This document shows, piece by piece, positions 26,417 to 38,126 of a DNA stretch of 64,000 bases (position 1 is the stretch's first letter; every line of letters begins with the position of its first letter). A model generated the notes under the pieces. That model saw only the letters and a program-made list of their open reading frames with translations, ran no database searches and was not told the origin of the DNA. Position numbers and translations under genes: made by a program. The DNA comes from Spirogloea muscicola (Eukaryota), in NCBI GenBank assembly GCA_009602725.1, contig WELB01000018.1, forward strand, positions 978,078 through 1,042,077, given 5' to 3'.

Positions 26417-27131
26417 TGTAAGGAACCTGCTCTAAACACGCAATTAGAGAGAAAGTCCTTATTGATTGAGTTCGAACGTAGTGGGTTTAGGAGCCAACCC
26501 ACTACACAAGGAAGCACTAACGCATAGGCTCAGCGGACGATAGGCCCTGCGGCGGCGACTCCACCTCCTGGACGCAAGCCGGCGCAGCAGGCCCCGCAGC
26601 GCAGTGCGGCGGCGGCTGCGGCAGCGGCAAGGCTGCTCAGAGGCTTCCCGGGCTCGAACTGATTGTTGAACCTCAGCCCCCAAGGCTCCCTGTGCTTCCC
26701 CGCGCCACAACCCCCTCCAGGGGTGTGAGCTGGTCACCCCAAGGCCCGCCTTGCGGCGGGCCCAAGATCCTCCGTTTGAATGGGCGAATCATCGAGGGGT
26801 ATTTCGAATGGCGCGACCCACCTCCGGGCGGGCCCTTGCGCGGCAAGCCAGCCCGCCACCTGGCGGGCCCACTTGTCCCCAAATAGTCGGTCATGTAATG
26901 CCAACAGAGCCATGTGGCTTAACCAAACGGCTGGTTCATTACATACCTCCCCACTCTGGGAGCACGTCCTCGAGAACCAAGAGAGAACAGCCGACAGGGA
27001 TTCAGACGCCCGACGGCTGCTACCTCTATCAAGCCTCGGAGACTTACCAACCTTGGCCAGGTATTCCCTGAGAGCATCCGGGCAATTTTCCAAACTGGCC
27101 GCAGGCTCCCACGTGTTGTGCTCAGGCCCAT

Positions 27132-27670
27132 TGTAATGAAACAGCCGTCTGGTCAAGCCACATGGCTCTGTTGGCATTACATGACCGACTATTTGGGCCA
27201 GGTGACTTCCCACCTGGCTGGCCGGGCAAGTGGCCCGCCCGGAGGCGGGTTCCGCCCGCCCCGAAATACCCCTCGCCAGGATCCGCTCGTTCAAGGGAGG
27301 ATCTTTGGGCCCGTTGCAAGGCGGGCCTTTAGGCGAACCTGCTCACAACCCTGGAGGGGGGGTGGCACGGGGAAGCGCCAAGGAGCCTCAGGGGCTGAGG
27401 CTCATCATTCACTTCGAGCCGAGGAAGCCTTGGAGCAGCCTTGCCGCTGTTCGCCGCCGCAGCCGCCACCGCACTGCGCTGCGGGGCCTGCTGCGCCGGC
27501 CTGCACCCCAGAGGTGGAGCCGCCGTCAAGGCGGCGCCACAGGGCCTGTCTTCCGCTGCGCTATGCGCTAGTGCTTCCTTGTGTAGTGGGTTGGCCCCTA
27601 AACCCCCTATGCTCGAATACAATAAGGACTCTCTCTCTCTAACTGCGTGTTCAGGGCGAGATTCTCTACA
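27132..27670 (+). repeat. Solo LTR family A inserted in chromodomain-coding sequence
   Basis: TGTAATG..CTACA flanked by TSD CCCAT/CCCAT. Confidence 0.92.
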
Positions 27671-30600
27671 CCCATACCCGAGCCACTTCACCAGATACTC
27701 ACGGGTCTTACGCCCTCGAGGCTTGTCCCTGTGAAAGAATATCTCTTCCACCTCCAATTCAAGATCATCCTCGATCAGTAGTGGAGGTGGGGGCGAATGG
27801 ACACGACCATCCGAAAGGAAGGCTCTCAGCTGAGACACATGGAAGACATTATGGACCTTCCAATGCACCGGTGTCTTCAGCTCGTAGGACACCTTGCCCA
27901 CGAGGCGTACTACTGCAAATAGTCCAACCCACTTGGGCAGCAACTCGCGTGTACCCACAGCCCGCAAGGATAAATGCTTCGTGCTGTGCAGCACTTGCGC
28001 ACCAACATCGAAGGACAGGTCCTTCCGATGTTTGTCAGCATAAGCCTTCTGGCGACTCTGAGCAATTTGCAAAAATTGCTTAGCTCGTCTCTAAGCCTCC
28101 AAGAGGGTCCCGATAAAGGCTCCCGCGGCGGGGAACTCGTTCCGGCCTCCCCACCTGAAGTGGAGCTCGGGGATGCTGACCTTAATTGAGGAAGAGTGGA
28201 GTCTCCTTTGTGGACGCATGATAGGCATTGTTCACAGCATATCCAGCTGGAGCCAAATACTCCTCCCAGTCAGTTTGGCTAGGATTGACAAAGTGCCGTA
28301 ACATGTCCTCGATAACTCGATTGATTCGCTCGGTTTGGCCATCAGTTTGTGGGTGAAAGGCTGTGGACATGGCCTGTTTCGTGCCAAGAATCTCGCAGAC
28401 TTCTGTCCAGAAGTGACCTGTAAAGCGAGGATCACGGTCCGAGACCAACCTCTCAGGTACTCCATGCAATTTCCACACCTTATCCACAAAGATGCCAGCG
28501 AACTCCTTCGCTGAAAGAGCGTAGTTGTGGGAGCAAAATGGACCATTTTACTCAAGCGATCCACAAAGACGACAATGGCATCATAGCCATTCCGCGTCTT
28601 AGGCAATTGTGTGATAAAATCCACACTTACATCAGACCAATTCCGCTCCGGAAGCTGCAAGGGCTGAAGTAATCCGGCAAGCTTGCCAGAGAGTGCCTTA
28701 CTACGCTGGCATGTGGCACAACTCACAACAAAAGCGCGCACCTGGGCTGAAAAGCCTGGCCACCAAAAGAGGCTCCTTTTGGGGTTTACTCACGCCAAGA
28801 TGACCACTGTATGGCGTATCATGCAGCTCCTGCATTATGTCAGTGTGCAAGGCATTGCAGTTCGGGACCACAATAGCGCCACCTTGCCACCAAAAGGCTT
28901 TGTCATCAGTGATGGTGCTCACGTTGGCGGCTCCAGAAACCACGGGTCGGTGCCATACCCTTGACGGATACGGACATAGAGCTCAGAGAGGTCATCCGTG
29001 GGTAGCTCAGAAGCTTGACAAGTCGGACGCAATCCTGCAACCCGCACTCCAGAAGCATTCAAGGTGGCCAACGCAGCAGCGCCGCTAATGTTGCGACTCA
29101 CAGGGTCCGCAACATTAAGACGTTCAGGACGATAAACCCACTGCAAATTGAATTGTGCAATGCACTCTGACCATCGAGCTTGACGCCGAGTCAAATGCTG
29201 CTGTGTGTGGGAATATGTCAACGGGCAATGATCCGTGACAACCGTAAACTTCACACCTTCCACGTAGCAACGCCAGACACGTAAGGCGTGCACCACAGCC
29301 AGCAATTCTTGCTCGCCCGTTGTATAATTTCGCTTTGCAGGTGTGAGCAGGCGACTCTCAAACGCTAATGGGTGACCCCCTTACATGAGCACGGCACCAA
29401 TGCCGGTCAAAGAGACGTTGCAGACAAGCTCATATGGCACTCCTTCACGAGGGAAGGCCAACACAGGCGGAGAGGTCAGTGCCTGCTGTATCCCTTCATA
29501 TGCACTCTGGCATTCGGACGACCGTTCCCAAGGTACGTCCTTACGAGTCAATTTCGTAAGAGGAAGTGCCAAATTCCCATAGCCTTGTAGGAACTTCCTG
29601 AAATAAATTGCGAATCCCAAAAAGGAGCGCAATGCAGGGACAGTTTTTGGCACAGGCCACTCCCGTACGACCGGGGTCGACACGTATGCCGTCCTTGCCC
29701 ACGACATGCCCGAGATATGTCAATTCTGGCTGATTAAACATGCACTTGGACCGTTTGGCATATAATTGATTTTCACGCAGCAACTGCAGCACTTGGCGCA
29801 GGTGCCTCGCGGGATCCTCAGGTGTTTGGCCAATCACCAAGATATCGTCCAAGTAAACCAGCACGAATTGGTAGCAAGGGACCAAAGACCCGCGACATCA
29901 CCGCCTGGAAAGTCGCTGGGGCATTGGTCAAACCAAATCTCAGCACTTTGAATTGAAAATGTCCCAGCGGCGTACGGTAAGCCGACTTCGGAACATCCGC
30001 AGGCGTGATTCGAATTTGGTGGTACCCACTTGCCAGGTCCAGCGAGCTAACCACCGTAGCCCCTGCAAGCCAATCGAACAGATCGTCTATTCGATGCATT
30101 GGTATCGGTTTGATGGTAAGCTTAATCGAAGCCCGATAATCAATGCACATCCGTAGAGTTCCATCCTTCTTTTTGACAAAGAGAATGGGTGCTCCGTTTG
30201 GCGACTGAGAGGCCTCAATGTAGCCCTTCGCCAGCAGGTCCTCGACCTGGTATTGCATTTTTCGAAATTCGAGAGGGCTAAGCCGGTACATGGGACGGTA
30301 AGGCGGTTGAGCGCCTGGCTCCAATAGAATTTGTGTGAGCACACCTCTGTGAGGAGGTAGACTGTCCGGAAGGGAGACGAGCAACGTAGACCCTAACCGC
30401 AGTCGGGTAAGGCCTATGCTCATACGCATCGACGCTACGCCTAAGGAGCCTGTGACCTGCCTCGTGAGAGCACAGTAGGTCCATCCCCAGCGGAACTCGA
30501 CTAGTCACGCCGCGCCTCTGCGGCACAATAAAGAACAGCATTTCTTCAGCTTGACGGCTCTCAGGCCAGCTTAGATATATATCAGCAGCCAATTGCAGGT

Positions 30601-30849
30601 CATTGTGGGCAACCCACACCAGTAGAGGCCCTCCGGCCCCAAGGCCTTGCAATAAAGCAGAAAGTGAGCGCACAACCGGTACGATGCTTGACGGGCAAGC
30701 AATGCCAGCAAGATCAAACAGCTTTGACTGGATGATATGGCTCTGAGAGGCAAGGGTCAAGCACTCACATTTGCCTTTAAAAATTGCCGTTGCCCCGGCC
30801 CATCGGGCGCTGTGGGCGTGGCCGCGATGACGGTGCTGCCGACGGGCAA

Positions 30850-30953
30850 GTTGCAAAACACCAAGATCAAGGAAATAACAGAATGAACTGGATTTTCGCA
30901 CGTATAACCATATTAGCAGAGACTACTGCAATGGAGAATATGGAAAGTATCAT
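30850..30953 (-). pseudogene. nad6: nad6 5' fragment (NUMT)
   Basis: MILSIFSIAVVSANMVIRAK/NPVHSVISLILVFCN with a 1-bp frameshift. Confidence 0.85.
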
Positions 30954-30971
30954 ATCTGAAAGGAATCTTTA

Positions 30972-31041
30972 TATCCCTTACGGAATTTGAACCGTGTTTG
31001 CGCCATGAAAAGCGATGTCCTACCCCCTAGACGAAAGGAAT
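30972..31041 (-). tRNA. trnE: tRNA-Glu(UUC), mitochondrial type, degenerate
   Basis: Reverse complement TTCCTTTCGTCTAGGGGGTAGGACATCGCTTTTCATGGCG..GGTTCAAATTCCGTAAGGGATA. Confidence 0.8.
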
Positions 31042-31083
31042 TCCAAAAGGGCGCGATGGCGCGATGACAAGAGTATTGTTTTT

Positions 31084-31157
31084 ATGCTTGTAGCTCAATT
31101 GGATAGAGCACCAAACTACGGATTTGGGGGTTGAGAGTTCAAACCTTTCCAAGCATG
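31084..31157 (+). tRNA. trnR: tRNA-Arg(ACG), mitochondrial type (NUMT copy)
   Basis: Acceptor ATGCTTG/CAAGCAT; anticodon arm CCAAA-CT-ACG-GA-TTTGG; TTCAAA T-loop. Confidence 0.9.
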
Positions 31158-31159
31158 TC

Positions 31160-31233
31160 GGGCCTATAATTCAGTCGGTTAGAGTATACGCCTGATAAGC
31201 GTAAAGTCAGTAGTTCAAATCTACTTAGGCCCA
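31160..31233 (+). tRNA. trnI: tRNA-Ile(GAU), mitochondrial type (NUMT copy)
   Basis: Acceptor GGGCCTA/TAGGCCC; anticodon arm TACGC-CT-GAT-AA-GCGTA. Confidence 0.9.
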
Positions 31234-31280
31234 TTTGTAAAAAAAAGCAGAAAACAGCCAAAGCAAAGCAGAAAACAGCA

Positions 31281-31352
31281 GCGGAAGTAGCTTAATGGTA
31301 GAGTATAGCCTTGCCAAGGCTGAGGTTGAGGGTTCAAGTCCTTTTTTCCGCT
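31281..31352 (+). tRNA. trnG: tRNA-Gly(GCC), mitochondrial type (NUMT copy)
   Basis: GCGGAAG..TTCCGCT; anticodon arm TAGCC-TT-GCC-AA-GGCTG. Confidence 0.9.
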
Positions 31353-31521
31353 TAGTGCAAGTTGATAGCATCATTAAGATAAATTAAATAAGAATGGTAA
31401 ACACAGATGCCTGCAGGATAGCTACACTATTTCTAAACCAATTAGTGCCAATACAATCAAAAGGGAGCAATAGCAGCCACAGACAAAATTCTTCCTAATG
31501 ATTACATAGTCCAGGCAAAAC
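31352..31521 (-). pseudogene. atp6: atp6 3' fragment (NUMT)
   Basis: GFAWTM*SLG..LIVLALIGLEI/VAILQASVFTILI/YLNDAINLH* with stops and frameshifts. Confidence 0.88.
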
Positions 31522-34500
31522 CAATTGCGAAGTTGGTGGCCCGTCTCTCCGCATCCATAACAGCTACCACCACCTGGCTCACGCGGCTTTTGGGAGTTGC
31601 TTGCACCTGCCACGCGTGGCTTCTGCAAGCTGCCGTGGGGACGAGCATTCAGACCCTCCTTCGGGTGGAACCTCTTCTTGCTGCGGTCCGCATCCGCCGA
31701 CCTGTCTGCTTCCTGCAGGGGACGCTTGCCACGCCCCAGATCGGGCGTGCTGACCACCTTTCTGGCGAGTTCAATCATCTTCGAAAGATCTGTGAACGCC
31801 TTCGAGGTAGTGGTGTCCGTCGCCACTCACGAGCGCATCGCAAAGGGCAGGCCAGCTTTGAGGCGGTGGCATTGGTCAATGGCCTGCATGGACTCAGTCC
31901 ACAGCTTGGAGATGAGAAGTCGAAAGCGACGGACATATGGCTCAAAGTCAGCACTTCGCTCGCTTCCCATGCGCAGGCCATCCAGTTCATAACGGGCTCG
32001 CAGCTCCGCATGTGGATCACCGTATGCCGACATCAGCTATTCGGCGAAAAAGCTCCAGTCGTTGTACTCGGCTGGCTCCCTGCCCTTCTTGATGGAGTCC
32101 CACCACTCCCGAGGCTCCCACGCGAGGTGCGTCGCCGCCAGCGACACTCATGCCGTGGCGTCCGCCTCCTTGGTGGCGAACCATTCGGCCATCTCAGACA
32201 GCCATGATTGCAGCCCACCGCGATCGTCCTGTCCAGCGAACTGGCGGGGTGGATGGGCCGTTGCACGCCCATGCAGTGGGTTGCCGGCGCTCTTGCGCAC
32301 CAAGTGCATGGCAGCATTGGTTTCTTGGGCATGGCGCTGTCCCGCGCGGAGCTGGGCGATGGTGGTGCGGTGCTCCTCGCACATGCGCTCGAGCAGGCGG
32401 TAGAGGCCCTCCGGGACTGGCCCATCGCCGCCTGGACTACCGCTAGGTCCGCCGTGAGGAATGCAACCCTCTGCAGGTCCCAGCCGACAAGCCCTCCAGG
32501 CCTTCGGCTCCCAGCTCGCCCTGGCCCTCTTGGGCCTGCCCCCCATGGGCCTGCCCGTCCTGGGCCTGCCCCGCCCGGGCCTGCCCCGCCTGGGCCTGCC
32601 CCGCCTGGGCCTGCCCCGCAGCAGCCGCTGCCGCAGCAGCCGACGGCTCTTCCTCCCGAGGAGGGCTCGGCGGCGCACTGGTAGTGCGTGACGTCATGTT
32701 GTCTGAAGGACACTGAGTGATCAGTTCAGCTCCGACAGTCAGCAAATCACACAACCCAAATCGCAATGCAAGACATCGCAAGACTGGTGCACCAGCGAGC
32801 AAGCTTGCAAGGCAGCGCGCAACCTCACACCTCAAATAGCAGGCAAGGCAGACAGCCGCAGATATGACCAAGATCGATGCACACGACCAATACTGGCCAC
32901 ACGACTACCCTTACCACATAAGGACTGCAAGCTCAAGCCACACCTAAAAGGTTTCGAACGATCCCCAAGGGACCCACTTGGGGATCGGGCAGTCCGATTG
33001 GCGCTGGTCGTCGCTGGCTCTGCGCAAAGATGCCTCTGCACCCGGCGCGTCCGCTGAGCCGCCGCTCCGACCAACAACTGGCAAGCACTTAACTTTGACA
33101 GAAAAAGTCAGGCCAGAACATCAAGGTGATCCTTGCATCATCAGCAGTGAAAACAAGAGGTCACAAGCGCAGATGGATGCAAGACCGCCTCTAATACCAA
33201 ATGTCGTGAATCCTCGCCCTACACATGCAGTTAGGGTGAGCAGTCCTTACTGGGTTCGGCCTTAGATTATTTAGGGGCCAACCCACTACACAGTGAAGCA
33301 CTAGCGCAAAGGCGCAGCGGAAGATAGGCCCAGTGGCGCCGCCGTCCAGCGGCGACTCCACCTCCTGGGCGCAGGCCGGCGCAGCAGGCCCCGCAGCGGA
33401 GTGCGGCGGCGGCTGCGGCGGCGAGCAGCGGCAAGGCTGCTCTGGGCTTCACTGGCTTGAACTGTCTGTTGAGCCTCAGCCCCCAAGGCTCCTTGTGCTT
33501 CCCGGTGCCACCCCCCCTCCAGGGGAGTGAGCGGGTCGCCCCAAGGCCCGCCTTGCGGCGGACTTAAGATCCTCCGGTTGAACGGGCAAATCATCGAGGG
33601 GTATTTCGAATGGCGGGAACCCCCTCCGGGCGGGCCCTTGCGCGGCAAGCCGGCCCGCCACCTGGCGGGCCCACTTGTCCCAAATAGTCGGTCATGTGAT
33701 GCCATCAGAGCCATGTGGCTTAACCGCACGGCTGATTCATTACAGCGAGTCTGGCGTTCACAGTCAAGGCACGCTGATGCGGCACGAAGCCAGTCATCTC
33801 CCAATATCACATTGAATGCGACGGTCAACGCAATAGCGTAGCAAAGCACCTCGGCTTTATAATGTTGAATGCAAATCGGCATTGAGCACAAACCCAGCAC
33901 ATTGGTGGGGTGGCCATCGGCCAATGTCACTCTAGATAGACCGTCTGCTTGCAAATGCAAGCCAGCGGAGCACACCAAATCCTTACTCACAAAGGACACT
34001 GAAGCCCCTGAGTCTACGAGGAACCTAGCTGGTGCCATGACAACCAGCCCCTCAAACAGCACTAGTATGTCCACCATGGACGCTGCCAAGATACGGGGTG
34101 CGAGCAACGTAGACCGACCGAGTTCGGGTGAAGCCTACGCCGAGAGGCATCAACGCTACGCCTAAGGAGCCTGTTTCCCGCCTCATGCGAGCACAACAGC
34201 GTAATCTCCAGCGGAGCTCGATCAATTACGCCGCGCTTCTGCGGCACACTGAAGAACAGCATTTCTTCAGCCTCACGGCTCTCAGGCCAGCTCGGATTAA
34301 GATCAGCAGCCAATTTCAAGTCATTGTGGGCAACCCACATAAATAGAGGCCCTCCAGCCTCAGACCTTGCAACCAAGCAGAGATGGAGCGCACGACCGGT
34401 ACGTTGGTTGGCGGGCAAGCAATGCCGGCAAGATTAAACAGCGCAAGTGCGTCTGGCTGAAATGAAATGGCTCCCAGAAGCAAGGGTCAGGCACTCACGC

Positions 34501-35235
34501 TTCCCCTCGACGCTGCCCTTGTCCCGGCCCATCGGGCGCTGTGGACGTGGCCTTGCCGAAGATGCCGCCGGGCAGTCCCTGAGCAGGTGGCCCTGGTCAC
34601 CGCATTTGTTCCAGCCAGCGCCCTCCGCGCGTGGCTTGGAGAAGCCGCCGTGAGGACTCGCGTTCGAGCCCTGGCGTGGGTTGAAACGCTTGTTGCCGCG
34701 ATCTGCATCAGAACCGCCTGCCTGCAGCAGGGGGCGCTTGCTCGGACCGGCAAGGTTCGGCGTGCTGAGCACCTTGCGAGCGTGCTCCACCATCTGGGTG
34801 TTTGAAATCCGTGAGCTGTTTCGCCGTCGCGGAATCCATCGCGACGCAAGTACGATAACGGTTAGGCAGTCCAGCATTAAAACGCTGGCATTGCTCAATG
34901 GTCCTCATGGGCTCGGTGCGTAGCTTGGATAGCAGCAGCCGGAAGCTCCGCAGATAGGTCTCAAAGGCCTCGCTCCCCTCGCCCTCCATGTGGAGAGCAT
35001 CAAGCTCGTCGCGGGCGCGCAGCTCCTCGTGGGGGTCACTATACGTGGACAAGAGCGAGCTGCAAAAGAAGCTCCATTCATTGTACTCCGCGGGCACTGA
35101 GCCCTTCTTCAGGGTATTCCACCACTCCCGGGGCTCCCCTGTGAGATAGGTAGAAGCGAGGCGCACGCGTGTGCCTCCGCCTCCGTGAGAGAACATATGA
35201 ACCACTCATCCATCTCATCAAGCCATGGCTGCAAC

Positions 35236-36859
35236 TGTCATGAAACAGCCGTCTGGTTAAGCCACATGGCTCTGTTGGCATTACATGACCGACTATTTGG
35301 GCCAGGTGACCCGCCAGCTGGCTGGCCGGGCAAGTGGCCCGCCCGGGTGCGGGTTCAGCCAGTCCCGAAACACCCCTCGCCCGGATCCCCGTTCAAGGGA
35401 GGATCTTTGGGTCCGCCGCAAGGCGGGCCTTGAGGCGAACCTGCTCACACCCCTGGGGGGGGGGGGTGTAACGTCCCCGCTGTTACGGGACGCTTAACTC
35501 CGAGTTAAGCGCTACCGTGTAACCAACTGACGCGCACGTGCCTGACGCGTGTGACGCGCATGTGACGCGCGAGTGACCCGCGCGAGGTGACGCGCGGTGT
35601 GACGCGCCTGTCAGCGATGTGACGCACAGGCGCGCCGCCTCCAGCAGAGGTGGCGAATCCTGGACTTCCGGAGAGAAGCTCCTCGGCATATTCTGGTATC
35701 TGCCGACACACCCGTAATGACGTGTATGTGACACGTGTGGCGCGCCCGTGACGCCACGCCACACCCGTGACGCACTGGCGGCGCCGCAAGCCGGCGCCGC
35801 AGGACGCCGCCGCTCGGCGGCGCCGCAGTCAGAGCGCCGCCGCCCGGCGGCGCCGCAGGCTGGCCGCCGTTGGCCGCATTGGTCGCCACTGGCCGCCACT
35901 TCCAGATGGAAGCCGCGTGGCCTGGCCACGTACTAGATTCCCCATGTCGGGCCCGCCTTCCCGAGGTGGGCCCTGAGACGAACCTCCCAGAGACCCCTGG
36001 GGAGGGTGGCACGTGAAGCACTACAAGTAGGGCTGAGAGCAGACTCGGGAAACTCGGTCAATCTCAGTGAAGGCCACGTACTAGATTCCCCTTGTCGGGC
36101 CCGCCTTCCCGAGGTGGGCCCTGAGACGAACCTCCCAGAGACCCCTGGGGAGGGTGGCACGTGAAGCACTACAAGTAGGGCTGAGAGCAGACTCGAGAAA
36201 CTCGGTCAATCTCAGTGAAGCCCGCGAGAGAGAGGCGCAGCCCTGCTGCCGCCTGCTGCCGCAGCCCGCCGACGCAGCCCTGCTGCTGCCTGCTGCCGCA
36301 GCCGTCGCCGCATCCCGTCGTGGCGGATCTTCCTCGGCTCTCTGTGAGTAAGACTGTGACTGCAGTCGCTGGCCCGCACTTGAGAGGTGAGCTGCTGACT
36401 GTCGGCAGCATCTCAGGCCAAGACTTCCGCTGTGTGATACACGTGGTGCTTCGCTGTGCTGGGGGTTTGTCTCAAAACCCCAAAGACCGAACTCAATCAG
36501 GACATAACTGACCCTCGACTGTGTCTTAAGGGTCATGAATGCTTCAGGGGGTGGCACGGGGAAGCACTAAGGAGCCTCAGGGGCTGAGGCTCATGAATCA
36601 GTTCGAGCCCGGGAAGCCTCGGAGCAGCCTTGCCGCTGCTCGCGGCCGCAGCCGCCGCCGCACTGCGCTGCGGGGCCTGCTGCGCCGGCCTGCGCCCAGG
36701 AGGTGGAGTCGCCGTCAAGGCGGCGCCACAGGGCCTGTCTTCCGCTGCGCTATGCGCTAGTGCTTCCTTGTGTAGTGGGTTGGACCCTAAACCCCCTATG
36801 CTCGATTACAATAAGGACTCTCTCCCTCTAACTGCGTGTTCAGGGCGAGATTCGTTACA
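35236..36859 (+). repeat. Solo LTR family A, split by a family C LTR
   Basis: TGTCATG..GTTACA with TSD GCAAC/GCAAC. Confidence 0.9.
35467..36546 (+). repeat. Solo LTR family C with an internal ~148-bp tandem duplication
   Basis: TGTAACGTCC..GCTTCA, TSD GGGGG; homologous to 51438-52307. Confidence 0.88.
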
Positions 36860-37197
36860 GCAACCCTCCCCGATCGCCGTGACCGGAGAACTGCCTGGGT
36901 GCATGGGCCCTGGCAAGTCCATGCTCAGGGGGACCGTTGCTCTTGCGCCCAAGGTGCAACGAGGCATCCACCTCTTGCATTTGTCGCTCTGCGGCGCGCA
37001 GCCGGACGAGGAGGGTGCGCTGCTCCGAGCAAATCCTTGCATTGAGCCGGTGTTGGGCTGGGTCCGACGTAGGCTGGGCTGCTGCCAGATCTTGCACGAG
37101 GAGGGCCATCCGTTGCACCTCCGCAGCCGACAAGCCCTCGTGGCCTTCGGCTCCCAGCTCGGCGTGTCCCGTAAGGCTTGCCCCGCAGCAGCCACTG

Positions 37198-38126
37198 TGT
37201 GACAACTCTGCATCTAATCACACAGTTAGAGTCAGATTGTCCTGGTTTGGTTTCGAGCATAGGGTGTTTATGAGACAACCCTCATACAGGAGAACGCCAA
37301 CACACATACGCGCAAAGGAGCGCAGCGGAAGTCTTACCCTGAGGCACCGCCCTAGGGCGATGACCCCACCAATAGACTTACAGAGAGCCGGCGGGGCCCG
37401 CAGCGATGAGCTGCGGCGACGGGCTGGCAGCAGGCGGCAGCAGCAGAGCTGTGGCGGCGGCGGCAGCAGCAGGCAGCAGCGGGGCTGACTAGGCAGCAGC
37501 AGGGCTGTGTCTCTCTCGGCGCTGGTCGGACTCCGGTGTCCGGCCGAGGCCCACTACTTATACCGATTTTCCTGCCACCCCTCCCAGAGTGTGTGACGAG
37601 GGTCGCCCCCAGGGCCCTCCCCCGGAAGGGCGGGCCAGACAAGGTGAAGCGACGAATATGCCGGACGCTGCAGCGCGCGGGAGAAGCAGCGGATGGCCCC
37701 AGGAGTGAGACTCCAGGGAACACGACGGATCTTGCCAGACGCTGCCGCGCGCAAGCAAAGCGGCGCCTGACGGCTGGAGGGGAACTCCAGGGAATACGAC
37801 GGATCGGCCAGGCACTACCGCGCACGAAGGAAGCAGCGCCTGGCGGATGGAGTTAAACTCCCGGACGTTGCCGCGCGTGAGCGAAGCAGCGTCCGCCGGT
37901 AGGAGTACGACAACTCCCGGACGATGCCGCGCGCGAGCGAAGCAAAAACAACCTGGCGGGCGAGGCCGCCTGCACGTGAGGTACGGAGCCCGGGGGCTTC
38001 GGACCGTACTTAGCTACACGGAGTGCAGCGAAGCATCCGCACCGTTTGGGATCCAAAACGGTAGATACGATACGCTCATGTAAAGTTACCGGCACCGTTG
38101 GCACGCCCAAACGGGGAGAAGTTACA
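37198..38126 (-). repeat. Solo LTR family B in gag
   Basis: TGTGAC..GTTACA with TSD CACTG/CACTG. Confidence 0.92.

Larger units (their letters stand above)
30850..31521. other. Nuclear mitochondrial DNA insertion (NUMT)
   Basis: AT-rich block with nad6 and atp6 fragments and four plant-mitochondrial-type tRNAs. Confidence 0.92.
26417..33744 (-). mobile_element. Near full-length family A chromovirus (3' LTR 26417-26943; 5' LTR 33202-33744), protease deleted, carrying a solo LTR and a NUMT
   Basis: Both LTRs TG..CA; PBS ~33189-33199; PPT 26944-26958; gag with CCHC, RT, RH, INT, CHD motifs; no matching outer TSD seen. Confidence 0.88.

Noticed and set aside
30972..31352. Functional nuclear or plastid tRNA cluster
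   Set aside because: Flanked by decayed nad6 and atp6 and of mitochondrial type; trnE has deletions
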